Assembly (NCBI GenBank): GCA_965202585.1
Contig: OZ241828.1
Coordinates: 39,928,001 to 39,992,000 of the forward strand
DNA from: Thalia democratica
Taxonomy: Eukaryota
Direction: 5' to 3'
DNA length: 64,000 nucleotides
Position 1 is the stretch's first letter. Each line of letters begins with the position of its first letter. Of the stretch, positions 1 to 11,154 are shown piece after piece. Below the pieces are notes generated by a model. That model ran no database searches and was not told where the DNA came from. It saw only the letters and a list, made by a program, of their open reading frames with translations. Made by a program: the position numbers and the translations under genes.

Positions 1-1067
1 ACTACAATCATGTCAAAACAAAAGCTCAAGGAATGAACATAACCGTTAATTGTACACTTAATAACGCTTTCAAAATTTAGTATTTGTTATTTAATATACA
101 AGCAACTCAAAACTTTAGAAAATTTAATAGTTTGTACATTAGAAAAGAATATTAAATTTATTCTGCAGTATTCTGAAAAAGCTCTTCAATAGCTAAATTT
201 AATAAGTTCATTTACTATCGTCGGCAAATCAATACGTTTTCCCACCATGTTTATGGTCGTAGGGTTTATTGCAATAGCTAAAGAAATTTAATAGGTTAGT
301 TGTTTCAATGTAATTTCCTGTTTCTTTAGAATCTAGTTCTTTTTTTTATGGAATAAGATCATTTAGACTTATTTGTAAAATTTTTGATGAAATGTGCTAT
401 TCAGCGCTTAATCGCTTACAAGGTGCTACTAAATATATTTTTAACTAAAATATTGTCTCTGCCTAGTTACAAGATGACTTGTTTAACGAAAGCTGGTCTG
501 TTTACTTGGGTTTTGTTTCGTTAAATGCGTATTTACTGTAGTTTTAAGAGTATTATTAAAAGAACAAACTAACAAATCGTATAAGGTCCTAATATTATCT
601 TAATTTATTGTGAAACTAATAGTTAATTGTGAAACAATTGGTGTACTAATTATGATTATATAATTTACTTTAAATCTTGTTATAACTTGAAAAAGTATGT
701 AAGTTTAAACATTTTATTGGTTTTAATACAAAGTTTATAAATTCTAATAGTTATTTACTTTTTCAAATTAAAAACTTCGTAAAATGTTAACGGAAATACT
801 ACACTAATTTATTACAACACTAATGCATAATAACCATGAATATAGTTAAAATATATTAAAAACAAATTATACAGTAATCTTCCTTTATTGTACCAACAGT
901 TTCTGTGTGTTAACGGATTAACACATTTCAACTGGGTTCTGTAAAAAAAAAATACTGTAATGAAAGAATAGAAGCTAAAGTAGGTGTATACATGTGTTCA
1001 TTATAATAAAAATAATTTCTACAGGTTTAAAAGGTTAATAGGTAAAATACTTATTGTTAAATCCGAC

Positions 1068-1798
1068 TAAGGGCGTGGTTTGACTGGTTTCCTGTGATCC
1101 CCCCCCCAAAAAAAAAATTCTTAGAAAATCACTAAAAATGTTGTTTATTGACTTTGTTTTGGTTATTAGATAAACTTTGAATAATGAATGTTAAATTTAC
1201 AACACTGAAAGTTTATAAGTTGCAGTAACAAAAAATGCTCGTTTTTGCCCAGCTGAAATAGATTTCAAATAAAGTTGTAATTGTGACGTCATAATAGGTA
1301 AAAGTTTTAAAGTAGCTTTTTTTTAAGAAACTTTTTACTAAGATGCTCTTAGTTCCCATTATAAATGTTACTTAGTGTAAATAACTTTTGATTAAGTATT
1401 GTTTTTGAACTTGTGGTGTACGACTCGATAACCGAAAGGTTCCTTTGTACACCAGGTCCTTAGACCGAACTTTTTGAGCGCTTTTTTCATCGTTCAATAA
1501 ACAATAATAAATAGTAAGTAGAACTTTACTTAAAAAATGTCCAATATTATCACTAACGTTTTATTTTACTTAGTTGATTGTATATGATAATGTTGTGTGA
1601 AGCTTTTGTACTTTAAATAACTTATAAAATGTATATAAAATAGAATATTGTAGAAAAAAGCATTTTAAACACAGAGTTTTTCGGCTAAATATTGCGTACT
1701 TAACTAGCAGTGCATAACTAAGAAATGCGTACTTAAGCGGCAAATTAAGAATATAAAAAATTTTGAACCCCCTTTGAAAAAAGTCTTGACCGCCCCTG
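1068..1798. mobile_element. Non-autonomous hAT-type DNA transposon (MITE), about 730 bp
   Basis: Exact 8-bp TSD AATCCGAC at 1060-1067 and 1799-1806. Imperfect terminal inverted repeats (TIRs): TAAGGGCG at the left, CGCCCCTG at the right. An 8-bp TSD with (C/T)AGGG termini is typical of hAT. Confidence 0.75.
1411..1500 (+). repeat. Dispersed SINE-like repeat, copy A (partial)
   Basis: GTGGTGTACGACTCGATAACCGAAAGGTTCCTTTGTACACCAGGTCCT aligns by eye with 33730-33840 (+) and 57875-57995 (-). Confidence 0.7.
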
Positions 1799-2639
1799 AA
1801 TCCGACTATTATAAAACTAAGTAATATTTGTAATTATTAAGTATAAGTTAAGTAAACTAAAATACACAACCAAACAACAAACCATAATATAAACAATTTA
1901 CATGAGCGGAAAGGAATAACTGGCTCAAATTTATTTACCGTTGCTAATGATTGAACAAAATATATCTAATAATTACGTCACAATATTTACTCATATATAT
2001 GTGAACATTAGGACAGCTACTTAATTTCTATTACAAAGCTAAATAATTTAGTCTTAATTGTTGGGAAAGGAGTAAAGCGCTTTAATATGAAAAGTAATAT
2101 GTAATCTATTTTGAATAAAAAGTAAAACAACAACCATTAATTAGCAAATCAATAAATTTAACAACCAATAAACTTAACAACGGTAAAGACAATAATAGTC
2201 ACAGGATCTTGATATAATGTAAATTTATTTACTAAATGTTTATAATATTTAAATCTAAATTATAACAAAATCAAAATTAGATCCAATTCCAAAGCAGACC
2301 AGTTCAAATGTGAAATAAAAAATTTAAGAAAACAAAGCACAAAAAAAAACTTATTATTAAGCTTACAAAGCACTGACCGATAATTAAATTACAGCGACAT
2401 ACATAAAACCACAATGACTTAAATTGCATATATATTGTATATAATAACTATTAAAATAACTGATTGTTGTTTTGTAAAGAAGCAGTCGGGTGTTTAAATT
2501 AAAGATCCCAAACAGATATTTTAAATATATAATAATTAAACTGTGTTATAAATTACGGGTTGTGTTTAATAAGAAAGTTAAAATGTAAATCATAAAAGAA
2601 TAAGGTGGTTATATGCTAAGTATACACCTGCAGTAAAAA

Positions 2640-3493
2640 GATCTCTAACCGTTCTATTGGGCGTAGTAGGTAAAAAAGCAAGGTTTATCTTTGATTTGAA
2701 TACAGGTTTCCAATTAAACTTGGAACTTAACACATAAAGATGTAAGGAATTATAGTCGGAGGGTAAAATGAATATATGAAACGTCGGAGAATAGAAAGTG
2801 ACATGTGTGAAATAAATATATAAATAATAAATTTAAAAGATTATAATTTACTAAGGATATATAATTATATTAATGTATATTAAGTGAATGTATGTGTTTA
2901 TGTGAAAGGTGAATGAAAAATATGGAAGGTGAGAAAGAGCCAAGGTGTTGTTTGAAATATCATGTCTTTTATTTAGTATTTTTTACTATCTTCTACTAAA
3001 ATTGCCATTCGTTCATGATTGCATATTTGGCAAATCTTGCTCGCACTACTGATGTTATTGTTGGCGTGTTGAAGGATCCTTAACTCCATTTCTGGTTTGG
3101 TACCATACCTGTCGAAATACTGCCAAACGAAATCTGACAATCTTGTGCTTATCTTTTAATTTACATGCTTAAAAATGTCGTGTATAAGGTGCGTGTTAAA
3201 TGTAATCTTAAAGAATTTAATAACAAAAATAATAATTATTATTATTATGATAACAATAAGGATAAATTGTATATTGATTCGACAAGAGGTCATTTTAAAG
3301 ATAGGTACACCGGGCATAAGTATACTTTTAAGCATTTAATTAAAAAGAGTAGCACAAGATTGTCAGATTTTGTTTGGCAGAAGATATTTAAAAAATATTA
3401 AATTAAAGACATGATATTTTAAACAACTGTGTACACAACCGACGGTTCTTCTTCAAATAACACCTTGGCGCTTTCTCACCTTCCATATTTTTC
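2640..3493. mobile_element. Penelope-like retroelement relic (GIY-YIG endonuclease region) present as two inverted copies
   Basis: ORF 3165-3401 reads KNVVYKV...LYIDSTRGHFKDRYTGHKYTF...STRLSDFVWQ, matching the Penelope-like GIY-YIG pattern. The minus strand of 2915-3149 reads STRLSDFVWQYFDRYGTKPEMELRIL...KICQICNHERMAIL, the domain's C-terminus. Arms 2915-3149 and 3351-3493 are inverted copies of each other. Confidence 0.75.
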
Positions 3494-4424
3494 TTTTACA
3501 TTTGAATTGTGTTAATTCGTTAACACACAACATATGTTGGTATAATAAAGGAAGATTACTGTATAATTTGTTTTTTTTATATTCTAGAGAACTTGTAATA
3601 TATAAAATAAGAAGTAAATATATGTAATTTAGGTATTCTAAATTATAATATGGGTCAAATTAAATATTTTGTATATATAGCAAAACAAAGTTAAAATTAG
3701 CAGTATGCATTAAATGGGAAAATTTTAAACATAATAGGGATAAGTACGATGTAATAAATGTCAAGAATTAAATGCATAATCTATTATGCAAATTAAAACG
3801 TTTTTGGAAAAGGCTGAGTACTTTAATTTAGTAATTTTAAAACAAATACTTAAAATTTGGAGAAGTTGAAAGGGATTACATTTGTTATTCAATGAAGGTT
3901 TTGTAAGCTTACACAATTCTATCATTTTCGAGTTACACTATATTACTCTAAATTTATTTGATGTCTTTAATTTTTTTTTGTGATATTCAATATTCTAGCT
4001 AAAAACCAGATTGATTGTATTTAAGATTTCAAATATATTATAAAATATAAATACCACTGTTCTTCTAGATTTTTTTGTCGCATTTTTGTTTTGTAAACAT
4101 CACTAAATATAATTGAATTGAATTATTTTTATTTTATTATTAGTTACAACTTTTTTTTTACCATTTAAGTAAAAATACATTAAGTAGCAGAATATTTTAG
4201 CACGGAAATTTGTACTTATTCGGAGAACAACTGTATTTACTAAGATATTTCAACTTAGTTTAAGCATATGAATAATTGAAATATTAACAGTCGTACAAAT
4301 ACCAATTTTGAAATTTGTATAAACTTCGTGCATAAAACTTTGGGTATTGCGAGAATTTCTTCAAACAAAGTTATTCTTGCATAATGAAATTTTTTAAATA
4401 TTTTTCAAAGACTATGTGTCAAGG

Positions 4425-6339
4425 GGTAGGAAGACACATCGTCTCTTTAGCACGGGTCGTCACTTTATCACGGAGTGACACTTTAGCACGGAATGACACT
4501 TTAATTGGGTGTCACTTATGCATGTAGCTTCACTAGAACACGGTTGATACTTTTTAGTTTATATATTAGATATAAGTTAAGATTATGTTAATAAAATGTT
4601 TAAAATAGAGCTTAATACAATCAATCAGTATCCTGTTGAGTACGCATTTCAGATACTTGAAAGTTTGAGTTCAAGGGAAAGATTACTTATCAAAGTTGTT
4701 TTCATTTAAAATTATAGTAAGTAATGAGGGAATTGTAAGACAAAGCTCAGCAGTCTTTTTAAGTAAATTACTACTTATACTAAAATATTTTTTATAAAGA
4801 TAATTATTTGCAGGTAATCATAGCCTAGAAAAAAATTATTGTAGGCTCTACTTATAGAGATAAACTAAACTTATAATTAGAAAAAGTACTATAAAGCTAG
4901 AAGTTGTTGAATTAAATGGTAATTGAACTGTCAAATACGTAATTAAATACTATCTATAAATATAATAAAAACATGCAAAAAATGTATTTTCTTTACAGAA
5001 TTTCAAGAACTTTATATATTAAAAATTCCAACGATTTTTACAACTTTGAGTATGCTATAAAAAAGCACAGCCTCATAACTTGTTTCAAACTTTAGAGTTA
5101 AAAACCGTAAAACTTAACAAGATAAGTGATATAATGCAATAAATCAAATTTCTGTTTGTATCAACTCTAAGTTTAGTTAAAAGCTTATTAAGTATTTATA
5201 ATATTTTATTTCTGTACTCTGGCATTTTACGATTAGAGAAATAAATACGACCTGCGGTATAATTTCAGCTTGAAAGTAGTTTATAGAAAAAAAACTAAGT
5301 TGGTTTAATAAATAAAACATTTTAAACAATTTCTTATTCATTTTTTTTCACTTCACAGTTAGATTTGTTCAAAGTTTTCTTATCATAGTTTTGTCTTTAG
5401 ATATTTTTCAAATAATTATAAATATAACATTGTATAAACAGAAATTTTACTATTAGGACTTTAAATTAAGCTTTTTATTTAAATTTTTAAATAACAAAAA
5501 TAGTAAAAAATCTAAACAATTATAAACTGTGAATTAAGCTTATTTACCATTTTAGTAGTCTGAATATAAATTATACAATCAAGAGATAAGTATTAAAAAA
5601 AAGCTAGAGACGCTTGCATGTAAAAATGAAAGGAACTTAAAATATTTTATTCCACGGTATTTAAAGCTTAATTTATTTTATAAACGAAATAAGTAAATTT
5701 TTGATAGTCTATCAAATTATCAGAACTTTCAGAAAACAAAGGTTTATCTATCAAAATTTAATAATATTTATATTTGACATCTTATATTTAAAATTTACGC
5801 TTAAAATTTAACTTAAACAAAAATATTTTAACTTATTTAAAAAGTTTCAAGAGATCTAGAGTTTGTATATATTGCTAAGTTTATAAAAACACTTATATAT
5901 TGAAAACACAAAAATAAAAGTATCAAAATAATTTCAAACTTTTAAAGTAAAACAAATTACTAAAGTTAATAAATTTACTTTTATCTTATTAGTAAGGTTT
6001 GTTTTAAACTAATTAGACGTACAATTTAAACACAAAGTTTTAGTTAAGGCTTAAACTTGTAACACATTTAAAGGTTGTTAAATTTTAGTTTACATGTTAC
6101 TCAGGTTTTTAAGATTTTTAAACATAATAGTATAAATATATATAAGCACAAAAAAAGTATCGTGCAATACAATTTCCGAGCTAAAGTGTCACTCAGTGCT
6201 AAAGTATCAATCCGTGCTAAAGTGTCAGTCAGTGCTTAAGTGCCACTCAGTGCTAAAGTGTCACTCCGTGCTAAATTGTCACTCGTGCTAAAAAATCACT
6301 CCGTGCTAAAGTGAGACCGTGCTTTTCTGTCTCGTTACC
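4425..6339. mobile_element. Mutator-like foldback element with inverted 18-bp subterminal tandem arrays
   Basis: 9-bp TSD GTGTCAAGG (4416-4424) / GTATCAAGG (6340-6348). Termini GGTAGGAAGAC and GTCTCGTTACC. Unit GTGACACTTTAGCACGGA at about 4445-4520, and its reverse complement TCCGTGCTAAAGTGTCAC about 8 times at 6175-6320. Confidence 0.75.
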
Positions 6340-7306
6340 GTATCAAGGCATAAATTTTTTCTATTTTGTTAGACAAAAATACGGATGATAAAACTAAGTA
6401 AATCAAAAGGATCTTATATAAATTACAGATAATGTTAAATATAAAAAGTAAACAAAGTTTGGCCTTTTTAACTTTAAGAAACAACATAAAAATTATCTAT
6501 ACATGCTAGTTTTACATTTTAGTTTTTTTATATAATTTTTTTTGATGAACTAAAAGTGTAAAAACAAATTTAATAAAAATTTAATATGATTACTTTTCGT
6601 TTTCGTTTGTTTAAAACTTTACCCATATGTTAAATATAATCGTATTTATTGATAGAAATAATTTAAAATACTGTCTTAAAGTTTTATAAGGTAACATTTT
6701 GAAAAACCTTAAAAAAATACTTTACTTTTTCAAACTTAAAATAATATATATTTTAATGAACTTTATTTTGTTTCAGCAAAAAATAATTTTAACACTGACT
6801 ATTTATCGCGTTAAAAAAGGTATAAAAAACTGACAAAGGACTTTTTTTAAATAATAATAACATCATAAGAATTTAAGATAGTAATTAGTTTTTGATACAA
6901 TGGTAACTTGTAACCAGGTGCGTCGCGTGGGATGGAACGCTGGAGCTGTAGCTCGACCTAAAAAAATGAAAAATTATGCTAATTTTTTAGTTTTTATTTT
7001 ATAGCTTATGCCTTTTAACACGCTGCTATAAGTGGGCCCCTGCTTTAGCTGTACAACCCCAAACTAGGTATAAATAACTTTAATTTAAAGTTATGAATTT
7101 AAACTTTAAATTAATAGTAAAATTTTTACATTAGCTTAAAAAATAAGAAAGTTATGTTATCATAAAGTTGTACAAAAAATACAGCCAAATATGTACATGA
7201 ACGTCTGTTGAAAAGTTGCTATTATTTTTGAGTTGCATAAACTTTCAGCACCATGTGAATTAAATCATGATCGTTGTTGAAAAGTTACTACAACACGAGA
7301 AAAATA

Positions 7307-7520
7307 AGACAAGTTGAACTCGAGCAGAAGAAACTCGAGGAGGGAAAACTCGAACAGGAGCAATTCAAGCAGGGAAAACTTGAGCAGGAACAACTCGAAC
7401 AGGGAAAACTTGAGCTAGGAAAACTCGAGCAGGGAAAACTTGAGCAGGAACAACTCGAGCAGGAACAACTTGAGCATGAAAAACTCGAGAAAGAATAAAC
7501 TCGAGCAGGGAAAACTCTCT
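7307..7520. repeat. 15-bp minisatellite (AAACTCGAGCAGGGA-like), about 13-14 units
   Basis: Directly visible tandem array. It accounts for ORFs 7274-7498 (EQGKL repeats) and 7288-7542 (Cys/Ser repeats). Confidence 0.85.
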
Positions 7521-8109
7521 GTTGTTGTTTGTTTGTAATCATGCAAAACTACAACTTAATGTAATGTTAACTTTCAATAATAATATTACTTCCGCGTTGT
7601 ATTTTTTCCAATATCTTTTAAACAAAAATGATCGACTTCAAAAGCTTAATAAGATTGATTTCATATTTTATATGTAGCATAATAAACAATGAAATAAAAT
7701 TATAACAACTAAATCACTTTACACTGAGCCAACTTAAAAGGCTTTAAAACATTTTTCTACAGTAAGTAAGATTCATTAAAAAGAAAACAATCGTTTCATA
7801 CATGCTTTTGCATACAATCTTTAGATGTTTAAATTTGAAAATTTTGTAAAGAACGTATATCAGTGTAAAAATTCATTTGACGTAAAACTTATACTTTTTT
7901 AAATGTATTTTAATAAGTTAAACTGATACACTTGAAATTATCATTTCAAAAATTATTTAAAATTGTTTTATATATGTTTACTTAATCTTTAGCATCGTTG
8001 ATTTATTTTTTTTATTTGTAGTTTACTTGGAAATTTTTAGAAAGTGTTATCTTCAAAAACTTATTTTATAATTCAGCACCTATAAAAAAAAATTAAATAA
8101 CAGTTCTGT

Positions 8110-8230
8110 TTAAGGGAATACTATTTTCTGGTTGAGTGCGCACAAACAAATTTAAAATCTCTATATATATTCAAAACAAGCTTTAAAGTTTGTATAGTTT
8201 TAAAATGAATACAAAAAGATAGGTTGGTGT
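8110..8230 (+). repeat. Dispersed repeat fragment (second copy at about 18955-19075)
   Basis: GGGAATAC..TTTTCTGGTTGAGTGCG..CAAACAAATTT...CAAAACAAGCTT..AAAGTT..TATAGTTTTAAAATGAATA..AAAGATAGG is shared between the two loci. Confidence 0.65.
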
Positions 8231-10729
8231 CAAAAATGCATGAGCTTCACTTTTGTACGAACCGATACTTTTCCACTTAAGTTTAATTAAAAAATTTCAA
8301 TTAGAAAATGAATTACCTAAATAATTTCTGTTTATCGCAAGAAAATAAAAGAAAACGAATACAACGATTATATTACTACTATTTAAATCATGTCTCTAAA
8401 ACATATTAATTTTTTTTAAACAGTTTTAACCCTTAAACCTAACCTTTCCAAACATATAACTATTAAAAAATATTACTAAAAAAACTAAACATATAAAGAA
8501 ATCAAGTTCTAGCAGATCAGAAGCACTTTACTGCCTACAAATTTTCAGAGCAGCGGAACTTAAGACAACAAAAAAGATATTAGATGCTGAATTTTAAATT
8601 TTTTTGAAAAATATTACTCATTATTCATTTATTTAAGTTGTTGAATAATCATTGACCATCATAACAGAGTCTTAATATATATAATTCCCTTTTGTGAGAG
8701 TTTTTACCTAACCGATTTAACGACTAATCAAAACCTATAATTAGTGTATTCATACTTTAATTGATTATAGTAACTTACAAACTGCAAATTGAATTATTTA
8801 AAAGGCTCAATTTAAATAAACTGTAGTTAATTTGAAAAGCAGTCCCAAAGCAAACAAAGAATTGTTTGTGTTAGAGTAATTTATTTGTGTTTGGGTAATG
8901 ACTTATACTTCAAAAAAGCAAACATAGTTATTTTTTGAGCCTATAGTTCAAATTAAAGTAAGATTTTCATAACATGGTAAAGAAATTATATATTAAAAAA
9001 GGAGCATCCATGACTATCAATTTAATAACATGTCTGCTAAATTAAAACTGATTTGTTTTAAGATTTGTGTGTGTAGAGTTGCTTTGTTTGCTTTGTTTAT
9101 CCTTTTTTTTCAGTTAAAAAACAGCATTAAATCAAAACTCAGTGGTTGAAAAATGAACAAAAAACATCATAACCAAGTTATTTTCATTCATTTGTTAAGC
9201 ATTTGTTTAGAGACCTTAGATTTGTCCTTTAAGTTAGCTTATCTAACAAAACTATACTTAATGAATTTATACTTTAAACACTATGCTCAATAACAAAATC
9301 CTAGTTCATAAGTCACAATTTTTGGAATTTTATTCTTTATTCTAATTCAATACTCAAACTCTTCTTATTTAATACCACTATTCAAATTACCATTATCATA
9401 ATGTTGGTAGCATTAATAAACAACTATAAACAAACCATTTCTTGAAATAAAATGAAAAGATCTTTTCATATATTTCATACTTATTATTTTTACATAACTA
9501 AAACTAAACCTTTTATAGCACAGATATTCAGAGTTAAATTAGCTTAATTCAGGATTTCTCAAAATTCAGATTTTGCCTATTTTGCCAGTTTTAGTTACTT
9601 AAGCGATATCTAGTAGAGAGGCAAAAGAGGGAGGGTAATTTAAAGTTTAGGGTAATAGAGAGGGGGTGATATTTAGTAAGGCAACAACTAACTGACAATA
9701 GATATTCTGAGATTTGTAATGAAGAGTATAAAAAAGTCTCATTTTCAATTTACAGGATATTTTAAGCTTACACTAGATAATCGTAGGTTTGAATTTTTTG
9801 AAGTTACTCTTGGCAAAAATAATTGACTGAAAATTAGAAACTTTCACTTGATAAGATCGCCAAAGTTAGATGAATAATGGCAATTGAATTTACAATTTTG
9901 AAAGAGCGTCAACTATGAAAATTAATGTGGGAAACCCTGACTTTAGTGTACCCAAGTTATGCAACTTTTTCCTAAGCTGTTTTTCAAAACTGGAACCTTG
10001 CTATTTAAATAATAACTTATATGTCCAATGATCATATGTTTTTTTAAAAGGGTTGTCACTTTTTAAAGCAAAAATGTCAGTCGGAGTACATCAAAATTTA
10101 GCCTAGACTTTTGAACTAATTGGAAAAAAAAAATCTAAGAGCCAAATACTGAACAAATTTACAATTTATCAATTTTAAACATTTAAAATATCATAATGAA
10201 AAGAGAAAAACAAAGTTATTTAAGAAAAAAATTACTTCAAACGAAAAAGTTAGTTAAAACTCCTAAAAACTAGACAGAAATTTTAATAAAATCCTACAAG
10301 TTCAAAAATCCTATTCACAGAAGTTGTCAACTAGCAAAAGTTTTTTTCTTAAGTATTTAACTAGTCTGAGTATGTGGTAACCGTGTTGACCTGATTCAGT
10401 TTTTAATATTTGATCTTACAATTAACTTATGTTTTACTACTTTGCTTTTATTTTCTTTACTGTGTATTTGTACTATATTGTAAAGTTTCAATCTTACAGC
10501 CATGTCTTCTTAATTATAACAATTTTTCTTTTAATTCCAATTTGTAAAGATGAACAGTGGGTACATATAATAGAAATTTTGTTCTTAGTAATTGTAAATT
10601 AAAAAAGCCAAACGTATAATTTAAAATTATTTACATGACTAACCAAAATATTACAACAATTTTTAAGAGATTATATTTCAAAAAATAACTTGAAAATTTA
10701 CAGCTAAAATATTTTATAATTGTTAGATA

Positions 10730-11154
10730 CAGGGTTGTTACTTTACCTGGAAACCTTGAAAAACCTAAAATTCGACAATTTAGGCAAAAATAACCTGGAA
10801 AAACCTGGAATTTGAGAAATTTTGAAAAAAAAAAATGGAAAAACCTGGAATTTTGATGGAAAAACATGAGATTTTTAATAATTTTAATATTTTCAGTACT
10901 AAAATTTCAATTTGACACATAAAATCTATCATATAAATAAAGTTTTTTTGTCATCATCAAAAAAATTTTTGTATTAAAAAACACATTCAAAGTAACATTA
11001 CAGCATCTTTAAATGTATTTGTACTATTCAACACAGTTTCTTTTATAGATATTAACATAAAACTAAAAATAGACCCAAAAAGGTTTACTTTTAAAAACCT
11101 GGAAGAAATTTCGAAAACCTGGAAAAGATTTTGAAAAAATGAGTGGCAACCCTG
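10730..11154. mobile_element. MITE with CAGGGTTG termini and a 6-bp TSD
   Basis: TIRs CAGGGTTG...CAACCCTG. TAGATA is duplicated at 10724-10729 and 11155-11160. The motif AACCTGGAA recurs near both ends. Confidence 0.75.

Noticed and set aside
7274-7542. Coiled-coil-like and metallothionein-like ORFs
   Set aside because: Both come from the 15-bp minisatellite; there is no independent evidence that they are coding.
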